NCBI RefSeq assembly: GCF_006345805.1
Contig: NC_042999.1
Location: 74,586,001-74,650,000 of the forward strand
Origin: Octopus sinensis
Lineage: Eukaryota
DNA length: 64,000 bases
Reading direction: 5' to 3'
In this document: positions 52,677 through 64,000 of the stretch, piece by piece
Numbering within the stretch: position 1 is the stretch's first letter
How the letters are laid out: every line of letters begins with the position of its first letter
Notes under the pieces: model-generated
Databases searched by the model: none
Told to the model about the DNA's origin: nothing
What the model saw: only the letters and a program-made list of their open reading frames with translations
Translations under genes and position numbers: made by a program

Positions 52677-52887
52677 TATATACGAAAGAAGGTTTGAAAA
52701 TGCAATTTAAAATATGTTTATTTACTTTACCGGTTTCACTCTTTGGAAAAAGATTGTCAAAAGTAACATGTAGAAGTTTGGTTGCGCAACCAAACTTCTA
52801 CATGTTACTTTTGACAATCTTTTTCCAAAGAGTGAAACCGGTAAAGTAAATAAACATATTTTAAATTGCATTTTCAAACCTTCTTTC

Positions 52888-52894
<7 letters not shown>
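52677..52894. repeat. Perfect 218-bp spacerless palindrome between (TA)n tracts
   Basis: Arms checked base by base. Centre TTGC|GCAA at 52785/52786. Confidence 0.92.
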
Positions 52895-52923
<29 letters not shown>

Positions 52924-53424
52924 CCTAATGGGAGCCTTAACTCCCAAATTTTAGTAATTTCTTTTATGATCCAAAACTAGGTCAAAAGTACTGAATGGAT
53001 CTTTATGAAATTTGGAAATTATAATCTATGCATAAGGGCCATAACCCCCATGACAATTCATATATTTTTGCTGTTGATAAAATTTTAACCATAGATATTA
53101 GACACAAATGAAGTAATATGTATAAAATTTCATCTTCTTACAAAGTTAGAAAGACCCCTCCATGAGGGATTTAACGCCCACAATTTTGTCATTTTATCTA
53201 AGCAAAAACGAATACAGTAGTGCTCTTGGAAGCTGGGCATTATTTCTAATTCAATTGTACAACAGTGTAAGTGTTTGCTTTGACATACACTTACATTGTG
53301 ATTTCTGCAATGTGGTGCATAAATTGACAAGTAAATGAGAGGCATCTTTGCCTCCACTGATTCAGTTGCAAAGTATTGAGTAAAGTTATTTGATTGCAGA
53401 CCTCCTTTCAGTCTGTTTATTATC

Positions 53425-53810
53425 ACAAAAACTTACATGGGAATAACGTGAAACACCTTCAAAGAGAGACATACGCAACATTTAGCTTCGTCTAGAGATA
53501 AAACGCAAAAGGCATACGACATCTTTATCCATCATGGTATACTCTTTTATTCGTTTCAGCCATGCGGCTGTGGTCATGGTGGAGCACCACCATGGATGGA
53601 CACGTAAAGAGAGAAACGTGCACAAACCCGATATAAAATGGAGCATCATAGCTAAGGCCAGGAAATACAGAGGACGGAGCAGTAAATGCCAACTCTGCAT
53701 TACCAAAAAACTAAATATCAAAACACAATATTGGACGTTTCAAATATTAGGGAAGAAACTTTCTGCCCCTGCATGCACAAACAACAATTCCTACATCGAA
53801 ATTTCAAGCA
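53425..53810 (+). mobile_element. Decayed PLE GIY-YIG C-terminal fragment
   Basis: TYMGIT.NTFKERH..H and PDIKWSIIAKARKYRGRSSKCQLCITKKLNI. Small SINE-tail insert at ~53540-53595. Confidence 0.7.
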
Positions 53811-54389
53811 TGACCCCTTCACCCACTTTCCCACCCCTCCAACCTAGTTAAGTTTTTCTTGGACATCGATTATATTATGCATTATATGAACATTATGCAT
53901 AAAATATATATTCCCCCATAAAATTATGCTGGATTCATTTAATAAAACACAAATATACGTGCATTGCACATATTCGGGACATCACATGATTCACTGAAAT
54001 AAAGTACTTATATGCATGACTTTACAATCCCATGGAGCAAATTTGGTGTCAAAATCTGTGAAACCCCACAATTATGTGCTCATAAGCACGAACAAAATGT
54101 ATAATGCAGCTGTGTGTGTATGCACACTCACATTACATATTTTAAATAATATGTTCACTATGGACTTCCGGTAACGCATGCGTAATGATATACAGTGACT
54201 GTTGAAGTTAGTTGCTCCATATATACACATATGAGCATTACCGATTTTGTTTTCTCATAACTTACAGAAACATGGATATTTTTCAATGAAATTTTAAATC
54301 AATGTGCTTCAGATGGTGTAGATTCCGATTGTATCTAAATCTGTTTTGAAATAAAGTTTTCAAAAAAGAAAAAGTGTAATGTATGTCAG

Positions 54390-54626
54390 TGTTATGTGTA
54401 GTTTCTTTCTACTGGGATAGACAACTCAATACGAAGCATAGATATTCTTTCACGTGTTTATTTACTTTCCGTAATACAGGAACTGCGCACACTCAGCGCA
54501 GCGACACCTATATACCTTCAGACACAGCGTTTACTTCAGACACATACTGTTTACTTTAAAACACAGTTCGTACTGTTCACTAACAAATAGTGCCACACGT
54601 ATACACATAGATATGAATGTGTAACA
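54390..54626 (-). repeat. 3' LTR
   Basis: Near-identical to 59023-59250. Preceded on the minus strand by PPT AAGAAGAAGGGA (54627-54638). Confidence 0.95.
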
Positions 54627-54823
54627 TCCCTTCTTCTTGAAAAAAAAAGTTTTGAAAAGCTTTATCATGTATAAAAAGAGAAAATATTTACATTTTTTTT
54701 CCAAAATATACCATTAGTTCAATTGCCTAAAAAATTTAATAAAAAAATGAAAACAAAACTGAGTATAATTAAATTAATCATGGCATTTTTTTTTTCTTTT
54801 TGAAAGTTCATGTATATTTTTCT

Positions 54824-57800
54824 TTAACGGTATCGAACCGGTGGCAGGATGTTCTTTCTCCATCTGGTGGATCTTGTGCTTCGCACCGGTGTCTGAGGTG
54901 TGTTGTTGGGCTGCTGATGGGTGGTTGGTGCCCATTGGGATGATGATTCTGTGGGTGTTGTTACCGATGCTGTAGGTGTTGTACACGTTGCCTGCTGATG
55001 GGTGGTTGGTGCCCGTTGGGGTGATAATTCTGTGGGTGTTGTCACTGATGCAGCAGGTGTTGTATACGTTGTCCTCAACAGCTTTGGTGTTGGGCGGATG
55101 TGGGCCCTGTTGCGTCTCAGCTGCCTACAAGATTCCGTTTCTATTATATACGATCTTGGGGTTTCAGCTTTTCTGACAACCTGTGCTGGAATCCATGTTT
55201 TAGTTATGGGATCTTGAGTATGTACATGTTGTCCTCCAAGTATCTCAGGTAAGTATTGTGCATGTCTGTTGTTATATTTCTGTGATTGTTCTTGAGTGGC
55301 TGCTAACTTTGCCCTTGTCTCTTCCTGGTCAATAGGAGGTTGGATCTTACTTGGCAGGGTAGTTTTGTACTTCCTGCCATTCAGCAATTCTGCTGGGGAT
55401 TTCATATCAGCTCGTAGGGTGTCGCTCGTAGGGACAGAAGTGCCAGGTGTGGGTCTTCCTTAGTCTCTCGGCATTTGACTAGTGTTCTCTTCACTGTCTG
55501 CACCTGTCTTTCTATAAACCCATGGCCTTTTGGGTAGTGTGGAGATGAAGTTGTAATATTGAACCCATACTCATCGGCCAGCTTTTTGAATTCTTGCGAT
55601 GTGAACTGGGTTCCATTGTCACATATGATCTGCTCTGGTATTCCTTGCTCTGCTAGAAGTCCTCGAGCCACTGTTGTGATTGTTTTGGCTCTCAGGTCTT
55701 TCCCTTTTCTCACAAATGGAAATTTGGAGTAGTAGCAGTCCATTATCAAATACCATTCTTGGCCCTCTGTGAACAGATCTGCTCCAATAGTTTGCCATGG
55801 CCTTCTCGGGATGTCACTGTACTTTTGACAGATGTGGCATGTAGAAACTGTTTTTTCTATGTCTTTGTACATGCCTATCCAATATACTGCTGACTTGGCT
55901 CGGAGCTTACATTTCTCCATTCCTAGATGTCCTTGGTGGATCTTGTCCAGAATCTCTTTTCTCATTGACTTAGGTATAATTATTCGGGATCCAGCCATCA
56001 GGATTCCATTCTCCTCTGATATATCATCATGGATGGCCCAATATTCACGAATTAGGGGCTGCACCTGATGTCTCTTTTCTGGCCACCCCTCAATCACCAT
56101 CTGAGTAAGGAGCTGGAGTTCTTCATCTTTCCTGGTCTCCTCTTTGATTTCTGCTAGCTTTGTAGTCGTTACATTTACAATGTGGTGGACCTTTATGCTT
56201 AGTCCTTCCATCTCCTGTTTATCATGTGATGATAATCTGGAGAGAGCATCTGCCAATATCAGGTCTTTTCCTGGCTTGTACCTGATATCATAGTCATATG
56301 TTTGAAGCCTTAACAGTAATATTTGCAGTCTGGCTGGTGCTTTCATGAGGTTTTTTCTATGTATTTGTTCTAGCGGGTCTGATGGTCTGTTTCAATGTTG
56401 AAATGTCTGCCATACAGGTATGTATGGAACTTTTCACATCCATATACTACTGCCAGGAGTTCCCTTTCAATATTTGCGTACCTTGTCTCTGTGGGAGAGA
56501 GAGCTTTCGAGGCATATGCAATGGGTTTACCTTCCTGTATCAGTGCTGCGCCAACTCCTCTCATAGTAGCATCGACTTGGAGTGTTACTGGTTTGCATCG
56601 TCATAGTATTGCAGAGTTGTCTCCTTACTGATGAGCTTTTTGATTGCTTCGAAATCTTGTGTGTGAAGCACACCAATCAAACTCTACGTCATCTCTGTTT
56701 AGTTCTCTGAGATTTCCAGTGTGATCGGCCAGCTTGGGTATGAAGGCTCCCATGTAGTTGATGAGTCCCAGGAAGCTCCTGAGTTCCTTCCTGTCTTTAG
56801 GATCTTTAATGTCTCTGATGGCTTCCACTTTAGCGGAGTCTGGTTTAACTCCCTCTGCAGAGTATATAATTCCAAAGAATTTGTACTCCTCTGCTTTTAC
56901 CACACATTTGGCTGCATTGAGTTTGATGCCTACTTGTCGGGTTCTCTCCATAGCTTCTTGTAAATTGAAGTCATGTGTGGTCTCATCCTTGCCATGCACT
57001 TGGATGTCATCTGCTATTCCAATTACTCCCTTGCAGCCTTGATAGGTCTCATCTATTTGGCGCTGGAAAACATCTTGGCTCACCTTCAATCCAAATGGGA
57101 GTCGGTTGAATCGATATCTGCCAAATGGTGTGTTGAAGGTAGTGAGCATGGATGACTCTTCGTCTATCTTTATATTCCAGTACCCATTACTGGCATCCAG
57201 TTTGCTGAATAATTTGGACCCTGCCAATGATGGTGTGATTTCTTCAAGGGTTGGAATTGGATGGTACTCCCTTTTCAATGCCTTGTTCTGGTCCCTTTGG
57301 TCGAGGCATATCCGTAGGGTACCATTGGTTTTTTCCTTGATCACAATTGAATTTACCCAGTCTGTTGGTCGTGTCACTTTGGTGATTATTTCCTTTTTTT
57401 CCATTTTGTCCAACTCTGTCTTCAGCTTCTCTTTTAGTTCTAGAGGGACGCGGCGAGGTGGGTGAACAATTGGTCTGATATCGGGGTCGACTGTTATATG
57501 GTATCGACATTTCACAAAGCACACGACTGTATCGCCAAAGCATTCAGGGTACATGCTTATCAATTCCTCTTTGTTTGTGATTGGTGGTCGGTCTTTGAGA
57601 GGCGTATCTCTGTCAATCCTGCTCGGAGTTGCCTTCACTTCACCATTGATTGACACAATATTTAGCTTTTTGCAGGTATCGAGTCCAAGAATTGCTGGGC
57701 CTTCTGTTCTTGTGATATAAAAAGAACACTTGATTATTTTTCCTTTGTGTGTCCCTGTTATTGTTGTTTTACCCAGTTGTGGAATCCTGGTACCTCCGTA

Positions 57801-58898
57801 CGCAGTGAGGATTACATCACTTGGTGTGAAAATTCCTTTTTTGATTTTATCCTCTTCTGTCATGTGTTCTGGGAACATCTTGTAAAAGTTGACAGGCAAG
57901 ATATCACTCTGGACTCCAGTGTCAATCTTCAGCCTTAAGTCAATGTTTATTCTTTTCTTTCCGGGCTTCTTTTGAATTCTTATTGTTGTGTATGCCTCAT
58001 TTTCTTTCTGGTCGTCCTTTCCCATCTCATGCACATTTATTGTGCCGACTGCCAAGAATTCCTCCTCTGAGGTGTTTTGTTCCTGTTGTTGTGCATGTAT
58101 ATCTCTTCTTCTATTTCCGCTCCTCTTTGAAAATTGGGGCTTGTATTTCTGGGATTTTGTCAACCTACACATTTTTTCCCAGCGGTTAAGTTTTCCACAT
58201 GCTTTGCAGTGTGTACCGAATGCAGGACATTTTTTTCGGTTATTGAATTTATGCTCTGTACCACAGTACTGGCATGTTCTTTGTTTGCGGGTATGTTTCG
58301 TCCTGTGACTAGATACAATATCTACACTGCTGCCAAGTGAGCTTGTTTGTAAGGTAAGTGAGGCCATTTGTTTGGTAGTGGCTTCGAATGCTCTTGCAGT
58401 GTCTACTGCTTCTATCAACTGGAGAGTGTCTTTACCTATGAGTGATTTTTGTACTTCTTTGTAGGCACATCCCCATATTAATTGGCCTACAATTTTCTCC
58501 TCCTTGTCTCTGAATTTGCATTTCTCTGCAATATTCTTCAGTCTTGACAGGAAATTGTCAATCGTTTCTTGTGGGTCTTGTTTCAGGCCCTGGAATTCGT
58601 ATCTGTGAATTCTATGGTTCGACCTGGGCTCTAGGTGCCTTTCAAATTTCTCAAGAAGTGTATCTGGGTTATTGCAATCTGATTCTGACATGTCCCAGCT
58701 GTTGAATAGGTCTAGACCTTTTTCGCCCGTCCATAAAAGGATATAGCTCACCTTTTCTTCGTCAGTTATGCCTTTCAGGAAACTTTTGAAAACTAGCTGA
58801 GACTTCCGTTTAAATTTCTTAAACGCTTCCACGATATCAATGGAGTCCCAATTCATGGTTGGATGTAAATTCATCTGTACGGCGACGGGGGTCGCCAT
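54824..58898 (-). pseudogene. gag-pol polyprotein, frameshifted
   Basis: CQYCGTEH...CPAFGTHCKACGK (gag), DTGVQSDIL (PR), IADDI (RT), ERELLAVVYGCEKF (RH), HQGHLG..CHIC and DNGTQF (IN). Split over four ORFs. Confidence 0.92.
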
Positions 58899-59009
58899 TT
58901 TGGAACCTCGTGTATGTGTGTCCGAAGACGAAGCGTTGTTTTGTTTGTTAATTTCTGGTTCGTTGTGTTTCCGTTTCGTTGTAAAGGCACAGTTTCGAGT
59001 TAATTATTT

Positions 59010-59022
59010 ACCGCTGCCACCA
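59010..59022 (-). promoter_or_regulatory. Primer binding site, probably tRNA-Leu
   Basis: TGGTGGCAGCGGT immediately after the 5' LTR, complementary to ...ACCGCTGCCA-CCA of tRNA-Leu(AAG/TAG) as recalled. Confidence 0.75.
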
Positions 59023-59250
59023 TGTTATGTGTAGTTTCTTTCTACTGGGATAGACAACTCAATACGAAGCATAGATATTCTTTCACGTGTTTATTTACTT
59101 TCCGTAATACAGGAACTGCGCACACTCAGCGCAACGACACCTATATACCTTCAGACACAGCGTAGTAATACTGTTTACTTTAAAACACAGTTCGTACTGT
59201 TCACTAACAAATAGTGCCACACGTATACACATAGATATGAATGTGTAACA
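59023..59250 (-). repeat. 5' LTR
   Basis: Near-identical to 54390-54626 apart from one substitution and one short indel/replacement. Confidence 0.95.
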
Positions 59251-59599
59251 GTCAGTATGTATGAGTGCTATTCCACCAATTTTTATTTTTCATATCAAAT
59301 TCCGATATAATCGTAATCTCCACGCTCTGAAAGGCATTTGTCAAAATTTCATTGAAAAATACTTATTTATCAGAAAGTTATAAGGAAACAAAGCCGTCTC
59401 ACGTGAATTTTCTGAAAATCCTCTCCCCACTACACCGAATGCATTTTTTTCACATTAAATTCAGATATTGTTGTGTTTCATATTGATTATTCGTAACTGC
59501 AAGTTACACAGCTCACTTTTGAGGGCTACGTTGTACAGTTCCTGGCCTCCTCCCCGTGCGTAGTGGTATCGCCCCTTTTATGCCAGCTCGTTAATTTCT

Positions 59600-62500
59600 C
59601 ATCTCATTTTTTTCATGTGGTTGCACGAGACTTCCCTTGAAAGTTCTATATATATCAAGATACCAAAACCGGCAACCCAATGCAATTATCACATTATTCC
59701 TTCTCGAAACGTTTTGGCTCTTTACATCCTTCCACAATTCTTGCACTTCGCCTCAGTTGAGATCTTGATGAAATGTTCGTCTTCGACGGTTAGCATTGTC
59801 AATAATAGGCTGCCCCATTTCTTCTATAACTCAGGTGTTAGTGTCACTCCTAGCTGGAGACTTGATATGGTCGTACCGTCACTGTTAGGCGTCCTTGGAA
59901 ACTCAGCGTGAACCATCATGCCATGTGTTGTGCTCAATTCTGGTTCTGGTTTTCGTGTGTTTAGCGGGGCCAATTGCTCAACTGCCACTAACTGCAGTAG
60001 GCAACTCTCCTTCTTGCTCCAAGCAGTATTCTTTCTGGCATGCTTCACATATTTTGTATTGGCTGCAACCTTGTCTAATATGGTTTTTTGTATTACATCC
60101 TTACCTATTTCAAAGAATGGGTTTACAGCAACCCTCAATGATTTTTTCATTAACTTTTCGGCCGGTGATAATTTACAACCACTCGAGACACTCTGATAGT
60201 TGAACAAAACTTTGTTCAAGTAGTTGCCGAAATTCCCTGTCTTTAGATCAAAATGCTTCAGTACAGCTTTCACAGTTTGTACAGCCCTTTCATCGGCACC
60301 GTTAGATGCCAGACTGTATGCAGATGTCTCAATTTTTCTGCAATCCATTGATGACAACATATTCTTTAACGCAAGAAATTCAGGCTTGTTGTCTGATACT
60401 GAAGCTGTGAGCACACAAAAACAATCGAAGACTTCATACAGCCTGCTTTTTACTGCCTCAGTCGAGCGATTAGGACACAAGAATACCGTGATCCATGTTG
60501 AATAGACATCTACAATTACAAGTATGTTACCGACGTTTGGAACGTATGCCCAATCCATATGCACATTCTCAGGGCTCAGAAATAGGCCATGAATAATTTG
60601 CCTTTACAAAATTTGGCGTAATTCTCTGGCAACTATCGCAAGATTTGACAAACTTTTTCAACAAATAAGCCAACCCAGACCACCAAACACAGAGTGGTGC
60701 CTTCTTAATAGTTGAATGCCCATGTGTGTGTTGCGTATTTTAGCTAATACTGTGATTTTATAAGGTTCTGGAATAAACGGATGATTTTTATGATATATTA
60801 AGCCATTTTCGCATGTTAGAAAATCCTACACCTTAACAAATGCACATTCCAGATTCGAGACCGATCTCCAATTTTGCTGTAAAATTCTTTCTTTTATTTT
60901 GTTATATAATGCGTTTGCCGTTAGTTGTTTTCATATGCCTTCCAGCATTACATGATTGATGTCCTGCCACGCACTGTCGCATTTGTTTAAATGCGAAGCA
61001 AAGAAAATTATATCATCATCGTTAATCTCATTATACCTCATTCGAGTGAGGGCATCGATGTGTGGAATACTTTTACCCGGAACATGCTTACCGACAAAAT
61101 CGTACTGTGATAGCATCAAACTCCACCTGGCTATTTTTTTGCGAATACATCTAAATTTTTTGCGATACATCTAAATTCTTTGCGAACAGGCTTTTTAAAG
61201 GCTGATAATCTGCTTCCAAATACAACTGCTTTCCCAGAAGGAAATGCCGCAGTCTATCTATGCACCATACCACTGCATATTCCTCTCTTTCTATATTCGA
61301 CCAATTTTGTTGCGCCTAGCTAAATATGTGGCTTATGAATGTTACTGGCTGTCCTTGGGATAACATCCCAGCTATTGCAAACAAAGATGTATCTACAGTG
61401 AGAGCGCTCACTTTTTTCCATTGAGTTGCAAAACTGGAGCCTCCGAAAGATGAGAGATAAACATACAGAAGACCTTATCTTGTTCTTAACCCCACTTAAA
61501 ATCTTTAGATCTAGCTGATGAGAGTGGTTCTACTTTTTCAGCATACACCGAGACAAATCTTCTGTAGTAATTCGTCAGATCCAATATTTTGTCAATATCC
61601 TCCTTCGATTTTGGTACTTATATGTTCTTTAGTTTTGCTACCAATCCCTGAGACGGAGAAATGCCCTCTTCATTCTCAGGAAAGTAAAATTTCTTCCTCT
61701 GGAGAATGACTTTCTCTTTGTTAATGGAAAACTGCGCCATGGTTAGCCTTGCAACTATTGCATTTTCTCTGCTCGTCAACTTTGCTTCGCTTCTAGCATA
61801 GTGAGGATATCATCTTATATACTCTGACTCCTTTGGTCCCTTTTAGTAGAGTTTCCATGCAACTCAAATTCTTAAGGTCCATTTGAAGTCTATTAACCAG
61901 GTAGAGACCATTGGTTGTATTAATAGCGAAAATCCCCCTTGCTTCCTCCGCTTAAGGTATTTGTCAAAACGCATGCTTTAAATCGAGAGTGGAGGAAAAT
62001 TTCGTACCTGACATACCGGAGAAAGTAGTGTCGATTGATGGTATGGGAAACGAATAGGTGTCAACATGTGCATTTAAATGAGCCTTGTAATCGACACACA
62101 TGCAAAGAGATCCATCTTTTTTTCGCAGCCATACCACCTGTAAGGCTCATCTGACTCCAGAGTAATCCGACGGTGTGATGATACCCATCATTTCGAACCT
62201 CTTTAACTCATCTTTCACTTCTTTCTTTCTTTCTTTCTTTCTTTCTTCAAACGTACTGGAACGTGTCTCGCTACATCTCGCATCAGAGAAATTAACTCGG
62301 GCCACAAAACCTTTAACCACTGGAACACATCCGTGTTTAAATTGAAACAAAACGATCTGTCTTTAATAATATCTTTTCCAATCAGCCCAAAAGAGTACTC
62401 GTCAGTGTTGTTGAGTTTAAATGTCACTCAGATTGATTCAACAACTATCAGATCTGAAGTGGTTAATCTATTGTGGCATGATTCGATTGGGATATCTCAC

Positions 62501-62700
62501 TCTGAAGCAAATTATAACGGGATTATCGAACAAGTTGCACCAGCATCCACTTTCAGATCTATGCTTCTGTTATTTATAATACGCTTCCAAAAACCCATGT
62601 TATCTGCACCCTCATTGTTGTTCACATTTAGTTACAAACTGCCGACAGATCCAGTCTCGCTTGGAGATACATTTATGTTGTCCACACGGTGATTCTTTTT
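59600..62700 (-). mobile_element. Older, heavily decayed Ty3/gypsy element
   Basis: DLKVDAGATCSII (PR), KKDGSLCMCVDYK..LN (RT), IARWSLMLSQYDF..KHVPGK (RH), HMDWAY / SNGADERAVQTVK (IN). Many stops. Confidence 0.85.
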
Positions 62701-62874
62701 AGTTCGGCAAAATCAACTCGGCCGAACCCGAGATCGGTCTGGCGAGCAAGCATATTTTGCGAGATATCAACAACACCATAAGAAGGGTTACTAACCTCAC
62801 TTTGTGGCGCAGCGCCAGCTAAGTGACTGCATGGTTTAACACTAACAAGGGTAGAGACAGAACAAGGTTCACCC

Positions 62875-63230
62875 AATTTCATATAATCGATTTTTACCCG
62901 TCTATATCAAAAGGGTTACTGACCAAAACACTCTCTTTCACTAGGGACCTCACTGACGTTAGCGACGGACATAGAAATCATTATGCCTAACAAGAAGACA
63001 GTACTGTTCAACAAAGGTTCGGTGTGGGTCAAACAATCCGACCCCACGGGTTCCTTTGATGTAGCGATGGGAACCTACGACAGTGCTGACGTGTGCGACC
63101 TTATAGGATTGTACATCCTGGAACCCTTAGGAAAAAGTTACCCTCTGTTTTCTTTCGCCGCTACAGGGATGATGCCCTGGCCATCTCTAGTGGGGCAAGC
63201 GGCCACACACTTGATATGGCTATACTGATA
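62875..63230 (+). mobile_element. PLE reverse transcriptase fragment
   Basis: LFNKGSVWVK...FDVAMGTYDSADVCDLIGLYIL followed by RYRDD after a frameshift. Confidence 0.78.
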
Positions 63231-64000
63231 TGAAAGTCTAACTGTCTTAGAAAACAATAATGTGAAAATGATTTGGAACTTCAGCACACATACATGCCAC
63301 AAAATAACACACAAGACAGTGTGACAATTTTTCATCAACAAAAACGACCATAGAGTATTAATAACTGGCATAGTAATTTCTAAATGACTTAGCATTGGGA
63401 CAAAAATGATTACGAAATAAAATGTTAAGATAAAACACATATATCACACTGATTAAGTTTTATTAAAGATTTTGAATCATTACAAATGTTTACTTTTAAG
63501 ATTTTGAATAATTCATCATTGAAAATAATTCGCAAAATTTTTCTTGAATATAAGTGTTAGGAATTATGTAAAGTGTCATATAACAAGTGAATTGATTAAT
63601 TCTAAAAAAATTTTTGCAAAGTAAAAGTTAAAACTGAAGTTGACAAGAAAAACAAAAAACCCTAGAAAAAGCTAAAAGCAAAAAACAAAAACGCATGGCT
63701 GATAACAAATAATTACAGTGTCAAATATTTAACTGGTTTTGTTTATAGCTAAAATTACATACTTTCATAAATTACAGATGATTGTAGTTTCTAGAAAGGT
63801 GTATGTGTATGTATGCGTGCGCACGCATGTGTGCATATGATCATCTGTGTGTGTGCATGTGTGTAGGTGCGTGCGCGCGCGCGCGCGTGTGTATGTGTGT
63901 GTGTGTGTGTGTGCATATCTGTTCTCATGTCAGCATGATTCCTAAATTTAAAATTGCAGTAATTTATTTTGAAGTTAATGTTCATTATAATTCTTTCAAT

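Larger units (their letters stand above)
54390..59250 (-). mobile_element. Complete Ty3/gypsy LTR retrotransposon (Mag-like gag zinc knuckle)
   Basis: LTRs at 54390-54626 and 59023-59250 (TGTTA...TAACA), 5-bp TSD GTCAG (54385-54389, 59251-59255), PBS, PPT, and PR-RT-RH-IN order. Confidence 0.96.

Noticed and set aside
59469-59601. Possible 3' LTR of the second gypsy element
   Set aside because: TG...CA ends and an adjacent purine run are present, but no partner LTR or TSD was found in the window.

Overview
AT-rich, microsatellite-laden eukaryotic DNA. The SINE/LINE repertoire looks cephalopod (Octopus-like), which is an inference. The only host gene is the 3' part of a BCAS3/rudhira ortholog on the + strand: seven phase-compatible coding exons between 448 and 26766. 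The rest is mostly transposon-derived: mariner, hAT and Helitron remnants, RTE and CR1 LINEs, tRNA-derived SINEs, a solo LTR, a complete Ty3/gypsy element with TSD/PBS/PPT (54390-59250), a second decayed gypsy, and several Penelope-like elements (PLEs), one of them nearly intact with inverted pseudo-LTRs (48130-52580). The most striking unannotated signal is a dense set of about 20 type I hammerhead-ribozyme motifs, intact or decayed, in at least seven unrelated small non-coding repeat families. These show PLE/retrozyme architecture (partial-tandem monomers of ~290-480 bp, inverted segments, frequent (TA)n flanks), and one family fuses a tRNA/Pol III head to a hammerhead tail. All calls were made by eye; no alignment or folding was run.
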